From Eledone cirrhosa (taxonomy: Eukaryota), in the NCBI GenBank assembly GCA_964016885.1, contig OZ024743.1, positions 232,004,001 through 232,068,000 of the forward strand: a stretch of DNA of 64,000 nucleotides, in the 5' to 3' direction. Below are positions 37,991 to 53,910 of this stretch, piece after piece. Under the pieces are notes generated by a model. It was given only the letters and a program-made list of their open reading frames with translations, searched no databases and was not told the DNA's origin. How positions within the stretch are numbered: the stretch's first letter is position 1; the number at the start of each line of letters is the position of its first letter. The position numbers and the translations under genes are program-made.

Positions 37991-38037
37991 CCGCCATCGT
38001 TTTGTAAATGTAAATACGTTAGATGTAGCTTTGAAGG

Positions 38038-38116
<79 letters not shown>

Positions 38117-38118
<2 letters not shown>

Positions 38119-38278
38119 TTTCTGGACTAAATAATTTAGTCCAGAAATAGCCATCGAAACGACTCGAGCACTGCCGTCGGGGTCTTGAACATTTTCCTAT
38201 TACCCACTTATTACCCTAATTATTGAGTACTCTGGTGCGTTATGGTCCACCTGGTTCCTTACCATACTTCCTTCGTTT
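38117..38278. mobile_element. Family A element with short terminal fold-back
   Basis: tatttctggactaaa-taa-tttagtccagaaata followed by the family sequence. Confidence 0.8.
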
Positions 38279-38307
38279 TATATATATATTTATATGTATA
38301 TATATAT

Positions 38308-39415
38308 ATGAAAAAATGGGGAGAAGAATACTGCAGGTTGCACATGGATAACATGTTATAAAATGAGTCCCTCATCAGTGATTTGCCAACGATCATAGAT
38401 ATTTCATTGCATTAAAAATCATATACCTCACGTTGGTGCAATAATAACTAAATTAAGTTATTAGGACAATTAAAACGCGTAAAGCGAGTGAGACAAGTAA
38501 ACAACAAAGAAGAAAGCTAACCGTAGATAGGAAGGGAACAAGCTACATAGTTATTCTGTCAGCATAAGCTGGATGAATATATGAGCGCTTAGAAAAAAGA
38601 CCTTTCGAGATGAATCCAAATGTAAGAAAGAAGGAAATTGTATTCGTCGTGAACGGGGTGAAGTGAGAAGGGGAGAGACAGTGAGTGAGTGAGTGGAAGT
38701 GTGAGGAAGAGGTCAGTAGAGAGAAAGTGTTATCTGACATGACAGAGGGGGCGAAAGAAAGTAGGAGAAACAAAGAGAACGAGGGAGCAGTAAGAGAGAG
38801 AGAGAGAGAAAAACAGAATCGTAGTTTAGGTAAATATATGTGAAAAAATGGGGAGAAGAATACTGCAGGTTGCACATGGATAACATGTTATAAAATGAGT
38901 CCCTCATCAGTGATTTGCCAACGATCATAGATATTTCATTGCATTAAAAATCATATACGTCACGTTGGTGCAATAATAACTAAATTAAGTTATTAGGACA
39001 ATTAAAACGCGTAAAGCGAGTGAGACAAGTAAACAACAAAGAGGAAAGCTAACCGTAGATAGGAAGGGAACAAGCTACATAGTTATTCTGTCAGCATAAG
39101 CTGGGTGGATATATGAGCGCTTAGAAAAAAGACCTTTCGAGATGAATCCAAATGTAAGAACGAAGGAAATTGTATTCGTCGCGAACGGGGTGAAGTGAGA
39201 AGGGGAGAAACAGTGAGTGAGTGAGTTATGAATGAAAATAGACCAAGAAACAGGAATGTCCATCATCAGTAGCCTGCTGATTATCATTGGTATTTCTTCA
39301 CATTAAAGACTACACACCTAAAATCCGTGCGAGCGATAACTAAATTAAGTTATCGAGACAGTGGAAAGTAAACAAACAGCATGGTCTTAATGCAACGTAA
39401 AGAGAGACAAGTCAA

Positions 39416-39420
<5 letters not shown>
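38308..39420 (-). mobile_element. Tandem ~533-bp non-coding units with CUGAUGA motif (family of 219-955)
   Basis: 38308-38700 is repeated at 38841-39226. A third, diverged motif lies at ~39255-39350. (TA)n flanks. Confidence 0.7.
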
Positions 39421-39684
<264 letters not shown>

Positions 39685-39685
39685 C

Positions 39686-39759
<74 letters not shown>

Positions 39760-39762
39760 GTT

Positions 39763-39825
<63 letters not shown>

Positions 39826-40304
39826 TTGTTTTGCCATTGTTTCTCCCTACTCGTTTATTTTATAATGGGTGTAGCATTTGTGGGAATGTCATCCATGCTT
39901 CATGAATAATATATGGATGATTCTTTTAAAAAGTCGCCATCTTATTAGAATTTCATTCTCGGATTTGACTGCTCTTTATTGGAATGTGTACGAAATGAAA
40001 TCATTTCCAGATAGTGGATGGTTGATGTAAAAGCCTGCCAGTTAATGTTCCCTCTACTATGATTTCCATACATAAATACATACATACATACATTCATACA
40101 TGCATACAAATATGCACCCTTATATGCATACATGTATATAAGTGAATATATATACATTCGCACATACAATTATACATACATACACGCACGAACATACATA
40201 CATACATTTCTGCCTACGAGATATTATCTAAATTCCAATGGAGGAGCCCTTGCTTGATAGATGATTATTTAAGAATATGATGCATCTTAAGAGACTTATA
40301 AGTG

Positions 40305-40335
<31 letters not shown>

Positions 40336-40338
<3 letters not shown>

Positions 40339-41164
40339 ATTCCCAAGAATCAAAGCTATGTTCAAAGCATTTATTCACTTACAATTGTTTCATCCAAACC
40401 TAGGCTTGAAGTCTTCGGAGCATTTTTCAATGTTTGTAAAATAATTGACCTCCTACCCAACGCAAGAGACATACAGATACATATATATATATTGATGTAC
40501 AGTGGAGTGACATATATTATACTATACTATATTTGTACAGAAATTCAAAATCAAAATCAAAATCAAAATTAAAATTAAAATTAAAATACATTCGGCAGAT
40601 TCCACAGATAATGCAAGAAGATAGTTTGATAGTCATTATTGTGTGGCAATACAATAATCGTATATAAATGAGAGACACTTGCATGCTCCATGTGTAACTA
40701 ACGCATGCACTACCTACTAGATATGACTATCAAACTATCTTCTTGCATTATCTGTGGAATCTGCCGAATGTATTTTAATTTTAATTTTAATTTTGATTTT
40801 GATTTTGAATTTGAATTTCTGTACAAATATAGTATAGTGTAATATATGTCACTCCACTGTACATCAATATATATATGTATCTGTATGTCTCTTGCGTTGG
40901 ATAGGAGGTCAATTATATTTACAAACATTGAAAAATGCTCCGAAGACTTCAAGCCTTGGTTTGGAGAGGAACAATTGTAAATGAATAAAAGCTTTGAACA
41001 TAGCTTTGATTCTTGTGAATTCTATATAAATGCTCTGTAGAACAACTGATGTTATTACATTGAGCTATTTATCTTACTGGTAATAAGGTAGTAAAAAATT
41101 ACTGACCTTTAAAATATACATAACTGTAAAAAGTTTTAAATATACATAACTATAAATAGTATCC

Positions 41165-41170
<6 letters not shown>
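40336..41170. mobile_element. Fold-back element (~300-bp arms 40336-40638 and ~40720-41023, ~145-nt tail) with HHR
   Basis: Arms are reverse complements. Microsatellite flanks. Confidence 0.85.
40377..40421 (-). ncRNA. Type I HHR variant (core CCGAAGA, U4C)
   Basis: gct-CCGAAGA-c-ttcaagcc-ta-ggtttgga-t-GAAA-c-aatt-GTA-agt. A more mutated copy is at ~40937-40983 on the plus strand. Confidence 0.65.
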
Positions 41171-41252
<82 letters not shown>

Positions 41253-41256
<4 letters not shown>

Positions 41257-41461
41257 CGAAGGAAATGTGGTAAGGAACCAGGTGGACCATAACGCACCAA
41301 AATACTCAATACTTAGGGTAGCAGAGTGGGTAATAGGAACGAGTAGGACCCCGACGGCTGAGCTTAAGCCGTTGGACTGAAAAAAAAAAACTTTTATTTT
41401 TTTAGTCCAGAATTAGCTGTCGAAACGGCTTGAGCTCAGCCGTCGGGGTCCTACTCGTTCC

Positions 41462-41463
<2 letters not shown>
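41253..41463. mobile_element. Family A fold-back element
   Basis: taggaacgagtaggaccccgacggctgagc... is inverted against ...gctcagccgtcggggtcctactcgttccta. Confidence 0.85.
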
Positions 41464-41497
<34 letters not shown>

Positions 41498-41934
41498 TAT
41501 ATATATATATATACAACGGCGGTGCCCCAGCATGGCCCCAGCCGGATGGCTGAAACAGGTAAAAGAGTAAAAGAGTATACACACTTGTAAGCCAACTATC
41601 TATGTATGTAAAAGGCAAACAAAAATAAGAAAGCAAACTATACAGTGCTATGCGGAAATATATTATTAGTTTTATGCTTGATGTAGTACAGGAAGGTAGC
41701 ATTAACGTTTCGGATGCTGGTCTGTTATCAGAAAATGGAATGAGAAATTAATGAAGAAATAGAAAGATTGAGTAGGCGGGCAGTGGCTGAAATTGCAAAA
41801 AATTCATAGAGAGAAAACAGTTCTATCATATATATATATACATATATATATGCATGCATATATATATATATATATGCATGCATGCATGCATGCATATATA
41901 TATATATATGCATGCATATATGCATGTATATAAA

Positions 41935-42205
41935 TGGGGTTAGGGTATTCGGATCACAATCATAAGTTCGTGAGTTCGATTCCCGGCGGTGAGATGTTTC
42001 CCTTTGCTCCTATCGACTGGTAAATAGGATTTGTGATTGTCATTCAAAAAGTCAGCCCGTCGCATTCTGTGTCACGCTAAATCTCTCTGAGAATTACTGT
42101 AATAGTACACGTTTCTGTGGAATTCTCAGCTACTTGCACGTTAGTTTCAAGAGCGGGTTATTCCGTTGATTGGGTCAACTGGAACATGCGTCGTCATAAC
42201 CGATG
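41935..42205 (+). mobile_element. Second tRNA-derived SINE family, degenerate
   Basis: tRNA-like head ggttagggtattcgg...gtgagttcgattcccgg. The body resembles a recalled octopus SINE. Confidence 0.6.
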
Positions 42206-42222
42206 TAGTATCTCTACACACA

Positions 42223-42336
<114 letters not shown>

Positions 42337-42564
42337 ATTGGTGTGGGGGATGCTTAAAGCGTCCGTGTGCGGTAGGCCGTTTGAGCACTCGATGCTCATT
42401 TGGAAACTCTGCTTCGAAGAATCGAAATGTAACTGAGGTTCGTGCGATTTCAGAGTCAGGTGCGATCATTGCACCGATCGTGCCTCAAGGTGGTCAACAG
42501 AGAAACGATTGTAATATGTCTAATAAATTTTAATTCGTCGCACCACTGATTCTCCGTTTCTTAT

Positions 42565-42623
<59 letters not shown>

Positions 42624-42712
42624 AGTAACGTTGCTTAAATGCGGCTTGTAATACATTTGTAATACGTAATAAATTGAGTTCCGATGCATCACTGATTCTT
42701 CGTTTTCCATAT

Positions 42713-42848
<136 letters not shown>

Positions 42849-43096
42849 TGTGTGTGAGTGTGTGTGTGTGGTGTGTGTGTATGTGTGTGTGTGTGTGTAT
42901 AACAACTAGTTATCGATCTACATGGCTGAATACAATAAATGTAATCTGAATTTGTATATGCAGTTCTATTTGCATGCCAACACAAGAGCGAGAATGAGGG
43001 GATCATTCTACCGAAATGGCTTATAAAAGAGGCTGTTTGCATAATTGGAAACGAATCGAATATTATTATTAATATTCGAAAAACACAGATTACATT

Positions 43097-43153
<57 letters not shown>

Positions 43154-43731
43154 CGAGGTAATGAGAGGGAAAAGGGTGTGACATATAGCTGAATAGCTCA
43201 ATAGATGTTATTACGTAAGTATAACAGGACTGACTTGGGAGGAGCATAATTCCCATCCATACGAGTGCAAGAAGCATCACATGTATCATCATCATCAGCA
43301 GCAGAATTACAACAGTAGCAGTAACAACCAGTAATACTATCATCACCAATTGTCTTGCTGCCACCATCATACTCATTATTATATTAGTAAATTATCCCCC
43401 GGCCCCGCTATCAGCCCTTATATGAACCTTAACAGCAACAACAACAACAAGAGCAAAAAGAATATAATATAATAGGGGTTTAGAGGAAAAGAAAACTAAT
43501 TGGAATGGTACATTTGACTTTGTTTATGCGTGAATGCGTTTTTGTGTGTGCCTGTTTAAATGTTTCTCTCTGCATGTGTGTGTTTTTGTGCCTACGCGTG
43601 AGTATGTGTTTTCTTTTCTCTCTGTGTGTATGTGTGTATATGTTTATGCATGTGTATGCAGGTATTTGTGTGAATATGTCGCTCTGCGTCTGTTTGTGTG
43701 GTTGTATCTGTCTCTCTGTATATACATATGT

Positions 43732-43776
<45 letters not shown>

Positions 43777-43783
43777 CATATCT

Positions 43784-43825
<42 letters not shown>

Positions 43826-43827
43826 GT

Positions 43828-43867
<40 letters not shown>

Positions 43868-43927
43868 GCATATATATACATATGCATATGCATATATATG
43901 TATACATATATATACATACATATATAC

Positions 43928-44029
<102 letters not shown>

Positions 44030-44861
44030 ATGCGTAAATGCGCGTCTTCTGAGTATGTGTGTGTATGTTTCTGTTTGTTAGCAGGTATCAAGTATAATGA
44101 TGTTTATTCTCATAACACGTCGTGTTTTCTAAAAACAAATTTTAAGTCGATAAAAATACGATATAAACAAATATATCAAAGGAAATACAACAAAAAACAA
44201 AACAAAACAAATAGAAAAACACATATAAAATAAATACATAAATATAAAAAATATATAAATCATAAACCAAAACAAAGAATCCCCCATAAAATATTTCCCC
44301 AACCGTTCAAGTTTTTCTTCATAGAGACCATTCTTTTCACATCCCACGTTCTTACCTTATCCCCATAAATAATGTGTAAAATACCCCCCCCCCCTAAAAA
44401 AAACATCCTTAAAAAATAGAAATGAAACAATCTATGATATATAGCATCTTACTCTCTTTCCTTGTTTTTCTCGTTATTTCTCTCTTCTCACTCTAGCTTT
44501 CACTATTTCTCTATTTCTTCCCCACTTCTCACTTTCTTTCTCCCTCCCTAACCTCTCTCCCCCTCCTCTCTCTCTCTTCCTCTCTCGTTGATCACGGTCT
44601 TTCTCTAGTGTTACGTTTACTAAAACACATCTTTTTCATACTATCTCTTCCTGTCTCTTTTCAATCATACTTACTCTCTTTTTCACACAGGCACACATAT
44701 CCTATCCCTGTCACTCTAACGCTACCCCACCCCATACCATCTTTTTTATCTTTATTTCTAAAGATATCCTTCTTTTATCCACCCTACTTCTATCTCAATT
44801 ATCCTTACTCTAGGACTCTCTTTCTCACACATACATATCGTCAGCAAATCTCTCTCTCTCT

Positions 44862-44899
<38 letters not shown>

Positions 44900-45122
44900 A
44901 CTCAATCTCTATCCATCTATGGGATTCTGAGTTTCTCTCACCCTCTCTATCTACCTATCTTTCTACCTATCTCTGTATCAATCTAAGCACCTATTTATCT
45001 ATCGATCTATCTTTCTATCTAACTAGCTAGCTATTTATTTATTTAGCCATCTATCTATCTACCTACCCATCCATCTATTTATCTATTCATCTATCTATGT
45101 AACTAGCTAGCTATTTATTTAT

Positions 45123-45182
<60 letters not shown>

Positions 45183-45641
45183 ATATATATATATCTTTAT
45201 CTGTACCCATAATATTACTACACCAACGTACCATTCCAAATTAGTGGTGCGTTTCGGAATTTGAGATAATTCCAGATCAAAAGACACGAAAAGCGTATAT
45301 ACAGTTCGAGTCTTACATGCACGCCATAACACACGAGAAACTATACAAGAACGAACACTATTGAATGAGGCACATTTTCTCATTGTTTTTTGTTGTTGTT
45401 ATTGTTGTCATTGTTGTTGTTGTTGTTGATTGGTAGTGATGTTTCTCTCTTCTTTCTGTCTCTCACATTCTCTCTCCCTCTCTCTTTCTCTCTCTCTCTC
45501 AGTCTCTCACTCGCACGCGTTACGAGTTTCTTTGTTTACACAGGTGATCAGAAGTGTCGAATATAAAGAACCAACCCAAATTTCACACATTGAAACTTCC
45601 ATCTACACACGCACATAAGCACACAATTATATGTATGTATA

Positions 45642-45725
<84 letters not shown>

Positions 45726-45806
45726 GCTCTCTGTATACATATAAATATATGTGTGTGTGTGTATATATATATGTGTGTGTGTGTGTTTGTGTGCCTGTGT
45801 GTATGC

Positions 45807-45850
<44 letters not shown>

Positions 45851-46247
45851 TGGTAAACGGAATAGAAAATGCTGACAAATTGTTCACAGTTGAAAAATGG
45901 TTTAATTAGGAATAAAAGAGCATTAGTGATTGTATGGGTTAGTATTCAGTTGTGGTTTTAAGTTTTTAAGTGTTTACCGGTTGCGCATTTCTAAATGCTT
46001 TTCAAAAATAATTTTGAGATAGAGTGTCCGTGCTGTTTGCTCTGATCTGATTTGTTTGGGGGAATTCTACCTGTTTTTATGTTAAAAAAGTGGCTCCAGC
46101 GTTATTTTTGTGTTGCAAAAATGCTTGTGGTCAAAACAATTTTGATTGGTTGGTAGAGGTCATGTGAATGTAAAAAGTTGATTTTGTGCCAAGACTGTTT
46201 TTATGTTAAAATGTTAAATTGACTCCATCCTCCAGAACATCCCTGTA

Positions 46248-46787
46248 TTGAAAAAGGACCATAGAATGAACCAAATTCTACGAACACACGATATCATAAA
46301 GAGCAAAAGACAATCCAAATCAATGAAAAACATCTTAACACATGCCAAAGTACTGCCAACCGCAACAACGAAACCCACAGTAAAAAAATGCGATAGACCC
46401 AACTGTGGCATTTGCATCAACCTAATAGAGGGTTCGGAATTCTATTTCAAAGATGGACAACGTTTTATAGTAAAACACAATTTCACATGTGCATCGGAAA
46501 ATCTAATATATGTATTAACTTGTTCAGGTTGTCGAGAACAATACATAGGCCAGACCAAAAACAGCCTCCGCCAACGCATGACTGTCCATAGATCCCAAAT
46601 TAAAATACGGGAATACAGGAAAATACCACTGAGTGAACACATTGATACCTGTGCCGCCCAAAATCATCCCAACTTCAGAATCTTTCCCCTCTACAAATTT
46701 AAAGATAATGCCACCCACACCCAGCGCATCAGCAAGGAATCTTACTTCATTAACAAATACGGACCCCGTCTAAACACTTCTCCCTAA
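46248..46787 (+). CDS. PLE GIY-YIG endonuclease domain (5'-truncated, frame intact)
   Basis: CDRPNCGIC...TCASENLIYVLTCSGCREQYIGQTKNSLRQRMTVHRSQI...EHI...KESYFINKYGPRLN. Confidence 0.88.
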   Translation: MKKDHRMNQILRTHDIIKSKRQSKSMKNILTHAKVLPTATTKPTVKKCDRPNCGICINLIEGSEFYFKDGQRFIVKHNFTCASENLIYVLTCSGCREQYIGQTKNSLRQRMTVHRSQIKIREYRKIPLSEHIDTCAAQNHPNFRIFPLYKFKDNATHTQRISKESYFINKYGPRLNTSP

Positions 46788-47101
46788 GACGAACCCACAA
46801 CATACACACGTCAACATACATACCTACATCAGCACACATCTCTACCCACATATAAACACAATGACACACGTAAACACACATTCTCTATGGTGCAATACAA
46901 AAAAATATATGTGCATATATATGTATGCATGTATGTATATATATATATGTAGTGAATGTATGTGTGTGTGTATATATATATATAGTGAATATCATTTCAC
47001 ACCTTTTATTGTTAAGATTTTTGATGTTTTATTAAGAGAACCGATTTTACTAAAAAAATCGAATAATGTACACCATTTTACCACGGGAAAAAAATACTGG
47101 T

Positions 47102-47146
<45 letters not shown>

Positions 47147-47266
47147 AACCCATACACACGCGTACATCAACATACAAAGAGACTTACACACACACACACA
47201 CACACACGCACTTCTCCGTATAAGACAAAAGCTGAAAAATATCTTTTGACCTTCGAATGACTCTGC

Positions 47267-47379
<113 letters not shown>

Positions 47380-47448
47380 ATCTTAATAGCCATTTGACAC
47401 ACATCGCTGCTGGCCATTGTCGCAGCATCGAACACCTTACTACTACTA

Positions 47449-47520
<72 letters not shown>

Positions 47521-47842
47521 TTGTTGTGAAAGAGTCATTTCTCAATCTTGGCGCAAAACCAATTTTTTATCCACATGACCTCTACCGACCAATCAAAATT
47601 GTTTTGACCAATAATTTTTGCTGGAGCCACTTTTTTAACATTTTAACATAAAAACAGTCTTGGCACAAAATCAACTTTTTACATTCACATGACCTCTACC
47701 GACCAATCAAAATTGTTTTGACAACAAGCATTTTTGCAACACAAAAATAACGCTGGAGCCACTTTTTTAACATAAAAACAGGTAGAATTCCCAAAAATAA
47801 TCAGATCAGAGCAAACAGCACGGACACTCTATCTCAAAATTA

Positions 47843-47879
47843 TTTTTGAAAAGCATTTAGAAATGCGCAACCGGTAAAA
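47843..47879 (+). ncRNA. HHR-like variant (U3:A8 and A13C)
   Basis: ttt-TTGAAAA-gcatt-taga-aatgc-GCAA-c-cg-GTA-aaa. The core is conserved in all four arms of this family. Confidence 0.5.
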
Positions 47880-48036
47880 ACTTAAAAACACAAAACCACA
47901 ACTGAATACTAACCCATACAATCACTAATACTCTTTTATTCCTAATTAAACCATTTTTCAACTGTGAACGATTTGTCAGCATTTTCTATTCCGTTTACCA
48001 ATATATAATAACTTGTGTGTTACACCTCTATTCTTT

Positions 48037-48749
<713 letters not shown>

Positions 48750-49139
48750 TTATACACATTTATAGATCTAAATGCACGAGTTTTAAAATACACACACATT
48801 TGTACATGTATATATTTGTAAGCTTATATATGTTTATATTTAGACCTTGTTCTCATTATCTATAATTCTTTAAATTGTTAAAATTGTCAAACTCATTCGC
48901 TAACAACATAAATTTTCATTTATTTCTGTTACTTTTTTCACGAATATTAACTTTCAAAACACACACAATCCACCCGCTTCTCAGGTTTTGTTAATTACCT
49001 AGAGAGTGATTAGATAATAACTAGAATTGCATATTACATAATCCGTATTTGTTTTCTTTGGTTTTGAATAATGGTCTTGTTTTGTGGAAGTTTTTAATAT
49101 GTTTATCTTATTCGCTGGTTACACACTTTGACTAATAAT

Positions 49140-50002
49140 TATTTTAAACATTGGCCCGAGGCCAGCAATATGGGAAAAGATGAATACCATTTCAATGGTA
49201 CTTTATTTTATTGACCCCAGAAAGATGAATCGTAAAGTGCGCCTCGATAGGACTTTGACTCAATACGTAAAAAGCTAGGATAAATCTCACGAAAATAATT
49301 TCTAATGCTCTACCCTATTCTGCCACAATCTACATTTTGGCTGCTTCCAATAATATTTCTAAGATAATCATAGATTTAAGTAAGGAATTTAAATTTGATT
49401 ATTTCGTTAACCCGACGGATTTGATTGTGGCTTTATTTGATCCACAATAAAAGGACAAAACTCAGTCAACTTTGTTGGTATTTAAAGTTTAGAAATACAA
49501 ATAATTTAAGTATCAATGCAAACAAATTAAGCGTAATAATTGTCCCTACTGTTGGTACAAGGGTAGCATTTATCCCAGTGCATTACTGCTGCTCTATTTC
49601 ATCGACTCTGTAATGATGAAAGATAAAGTTAAACTTGGCTGGATTTGAACTCAGACCACAAAGGGCCGTAACTCTATGGTGCAAAGCATGGCGTACGACA
49701 CTTTATCGATACTGCCAAACGTAATAATATATGCGCGTTTATCAAAATCCAAACAAATAGCATGAAAAAGAAATATTAATAAAAGTTTCTGATTGAGATA
49801 CAATGACAGTAATTTAGTGGGAGGGAAAAGTCGATTAAATCGATCCATATGCGTTACTGGTACTTCATTTTATAGACCCCGTAAGTATGAAAGACAAAGT
49901 TAACCTCGGCGGGATTTGAACTCAGAACGCAAAGAGTCGTAACTCTATGTCACAAAGCTTATTGTCCGACGCACTCTACCGATTCTGGTAATCCACCGCC
50001 CT
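49140..50002 (-). mobile_element. Three to four SINE copies of differing age
   Basis: Reverse-complement family motifs at ~49150-49330, ~49545-49720 and ~49800-50002. Confidence 0.8.
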
Positions 50003-50297
50003 AAGAAATATTAATAATGAGAGAAAAGATGGATAAAAACATAGTACAATTCTTAACGAAACCAAAAGTAAACATATGCAATTAAAAAGAGGGGAGATAA
50101 TTAATAAAGTAATATAAAATTACAAAATCGAAGTACCCGAAAGAAATGAACGCCTGAGAAAAGCTATGGTTATGTTAAACAATTTTCGTTTTAAATGATC
50201 AAAGCTTATAGCTTCATTCTATGTCCAAAACGATTTCATCGAGAAAGAGTAAAAATAATGGGAATAAATGAAGTACACTTTACTAGAAAAATTGCGT

Positions 50298-51050
50298 ATA
50301 CAAGTATGGCCATGTACAATAACTGAATGAGGCATCATTTCACATCTTACGAAAACCAAATATTTCCAAAACTGAAATATGTAACAAGCACAGACAAACT
50401 GTTAGGAGATGAATTAAATAAATACTGAAAGGACTCAGAATACTGCAGCAATTGTACAGAGATGAGACGATGTTGCGCTCATGGGTTTTCGAGTGGCACA
50501 AAAGGTTCAGAGAGGGGCGCAGAGAAGTGGAAGACAATCCCAGGAGCAGAAGACATTTAATGAGCAGGACTGAGGCCAGTGTTGAGCGCGTGAGGCAGGT
50601 GGTGCGTGACAATCGTCAGCTGATTGTTCGTATCATCGCAGGTGAGCTAGACATGAACCTTCACAGCGTTTGGAAGATTATCACCGAAGCTGAATGTCTG
50701 TGCGAAGATGGTATGGCCGGAAAGTACATCGCCGTGCTGTAACAGCCTCTCCACTCACCCAACCTGGCCTTGTGTGATATTTTCCTTTTTTCCAACCTCA
50801 AAATGGTTATCAAGGGTACGTATTTTTCGGAGGTGGATACTATCAATTCGGTGACGATGGAGATGCGGAGAATCCCTGGAGAATCCTTCCAGTTGAGCAT
50901 GGGGGCCTGGAGAGAAGGATGGGAAAATGGGTTAGACTAAGAGGGGGGGGGGATTTGAAGGGAAAACTTGTAGTTTGTATTTTGGATTTGAAATATCTAT
51001 TCTTGTTTTGGGGACCCCAGTCCTGCTTCTTTTCTGATATAACTCGTGTA
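50298..51050 (+). mobile_element. mariner (Tc1/mariner) relic, internally deleted
   Basis: HTH region LYRDETMLRSWVFEWHKRFREGRREVEDNPRS...IIAGEL is fused to a C-terminal HSPNLALCDIFLFSNLK (YSPDLAPxD-like). TIRs are not clearly resolved. Confidence 0.85.
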
Positions 51051-51329
51051 ATTCTTTTTTACATGGACGACTATATGTCGTATCCTGCTTATAAAATATC
51101 TACTAGAAAATTACCTACGAACATTTAAAATATCTAGAAAAAAACTCATATATTTGCTAGAATTAATACGATATTCGGATAAGGAAAATATATAGATGCC
51201 ACATTGAAGAGAAGAAAATTAATTATGAACACCACTATGGTGTTCCATTAAAGTACACAGATAAGATAATTAAAGACAAGAAGGTAAAGAAACTTGCAAA
51301 TAAATAGGAATTAATGAACAAGAAAATAT

Positions 51330-51600
51330 TAAGGAAAAGATTAAGAAGCACTACTATAGATACATTAGATTAATACTTAAAACAGAACTAAGGCATAACT
51401 ACACCATCTGTAAAGTAATAAAATATAGTTTTGAAATTCTCAGCTGAATGATAATTGAGAGGGCCTGTTGAGACAGAAAATAAAAACAAAACTAATGACA
51501 GCACTTAGATTATACAACATGAAATCTGAAAGACAAAGATTTTACTTACTACAGATACAACCAGATAGAGGCCTTTTGCGTGAAGAAAAGGATTGTGAAA
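51330..51600 (+). pseudogene. Decayed R4/Dong-like RT C-terminal fragment
   Basis: VIKYSFEILS*...TKLMTALRLYNMKSERQRFYLLQIQPDRGLL resembles YSFGII.W...RLYLPR..GGRGL. Confidence 0.4.
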
Positions 51601-52000
51601 TCTAAAATGTAAATCTACTTAAATATCTAGTAAACAAATAATGGAAGTAATATCAACAAATATATCGTAACAAAAGACGAGAAAATCAGCGCGTGATTCC
51701 GTTTTCAAGGTAGGAAATATACAACAGCAAACGCCTATGTAAAATATACTTGTGAGACAAAAGAAAGCGTAACAATCCTCAAAAATAAAATATATATGAG
51801 TGTGTGTGAGTATGTGTGTGTGTGCTAGTGTGTGCTAGTGTGAGTGTGTGTATGTATGTCCGTATGCATATATACGTATGTATTTACATTTGTATGTGTG
51901 TACTTACGTATGTATTTACGTTTGTATGTGTGTACTTACGTATGTATCTATGAACGTATGTAGTCTGTATGTATTTATATGTATGTATGTGTGTGTATGT

Positions 52001-52128
<128 letters not shown>

Positions 52129-52663
52129 GCGTGCGTGTATGTATGTATGTATTGGAATATGATATAAACATCGTTGAAAAACCCGTAAAAACATACACCA
52201 CTTTACGAACAAATGTTCTTCGCAGTAAACCACTTTTCAGCCAATTTCAATTGCTTAAACTATGGCTATATTGTTTAAACTATTTTGATATAAAATAAAT
52301 AATCAAGTAAATAAATAGATAAATAAATAGATAAAATTAGTAACTATATTTCGTTTTCGTGTTGATGTCGTAGTGCGTTTGTGTTCTTATACAATTAACA
52401 GTTTTTAAGAAGAGGAAGGAATTTTCAAAATTTCTAGTTGCATTCATGTATACTCTACGTTAACACTAGATGAACTGGTGTATCCAATAAAATGTAATAT
52501 ATGAACCATCGTGTTTAAAGAGACATTAAGTTTTACAGTTGCCGAAACGAAATCATCGAGTGGGAAAATGTTAGTAGTGGTGTACTGATGAGGCACCGTT
52601 CTTAATAAACCCATTTGCACTCAGCCATGAGCCGATCTTTTCGTATATATATATATATATATA

Positions 52664-53112
52664 TACTATACCTGAAAAATGCGCAAGCTCAAAAGAGCCA
52701 CAGGATGTTATAATAAACCTTCAAAAGTGTGGTACTAGAGTTGTTGCTCAAAAATATTGTAATCATTATCTATCGTACACTCCGTGGCATCCTTTTATAA
52801 AAAAGAGACTCAAACGAACTCAAGACGACACGATAATTATTTAAGCTAATGTTCAATATCTCATATTATTAATACGAAATAATGATTAATACGAAATGCA
52901 CTTAAACCGAATTCTATATTATAAATTCACTTAAATAATTATCGTGTCGTCTTGAGTTCGTTATGAGTGTCTTTTTTATAAAAGGATGCCACAGAGTGTA
53001 CGATAGATAATGATTACAATATTTTTGAGCAACAACTCTAGTCCCGCACTTATGAATGTTTATTATAACATTCTGTGCTTCTTTTGAGCTTGCGCATTTT
53101 TCAGGTATAGTG
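52664..53112. mobile_element. MITE-like element with ~180-bp terminal inverted repeats
   Basis: Arms 52665-52845 and 52930-53111. Ends read (c/t)actatacctgaaaaatgcgcaagc, with TA on both flanks. Confidence 0.8.
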
Positions 53113-53610
53113 TAATATTTTTTTAAGGCAACGCTTGTAATAACTCTAGTTAAACATGATATATATTAATAATAAATTATCGTTATAATGTAATTACATT
53201 ATATAATTGTTATTTTATAAATGATCTTATAAATATTATTGTAAGATGTATAAAAATATTTTCAGACTTTTAATAGTTAACATAAATTTAAAAAATCATA
53301 TATAAATTAACAATATAATTTACCAAATCGAGAAAAATATTTTGATGATAAACGACGAAATACTGGAAGAAGATTCGAAAGCGAAAGGATAAATAAACGT
53401 GGAAACAAAGTGGCGGATGCTTTTGAGCAACAAATACTCTCGTTGGTTGATTAGCCAATAAGACGATGAAATTAGCCAATAAGACAATACATTACAAAAG
53501 ATGTTTGGGAGTCATCACCACGGCCAGTGATACCCCTTGAATTTTTTATTCACAAGCTACGCATGTATGTCAGGATCAAAATAATTTTCAAATATTTTTC
53601 TATCATTATT

Positions 53611-53910
53611 AGGTGGATTGGCAGAATCGGTAGAGCGAGGGACACGCTGCATCATGTCAGAGAGTTCCGCCCTTTACGTTCTGAGTTAAAATCTCGGCGG
53701 GGTTAGCTTTGTCTTTCATCCTTACGGGGTCGATAAAATAAAGTTACAGTCATGAACTAGGGTCGATTTAATCGACTTTTCCCTCCCTCAAAATTGATGT
53801 CCTTGTGCCTAAAGTAGAAACAATTATTATTATTATTGATACTAAAATAAAGTACCAGTAATGCACTGAAAAATTGCTGGCCTTGTGCCATAAGTAGAAA
53901 CAATTATTAT
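53611..53910 (+). mobile_element. SINE plus duplicated 3' end
   Basis: Family head, core and two gtagaaacaattattat tails. Confidence 0.85.

Noticed and set aside
46248-46787. Group I intron homing endonuclease or UvrC gene
   Set aside because: The Cys motifs and the inverted-terminus/tail architecture identify a Penelope-like element.
52536-52600. Type II hammerhead candidate (tgcc-GAAA-cga...CTGATGA-ggca)
   Set aside because: Stem II pairs, but U16.1/H17 are absent (cgAG) and stem I cannot form. Single copy, so at best a decayed relic.
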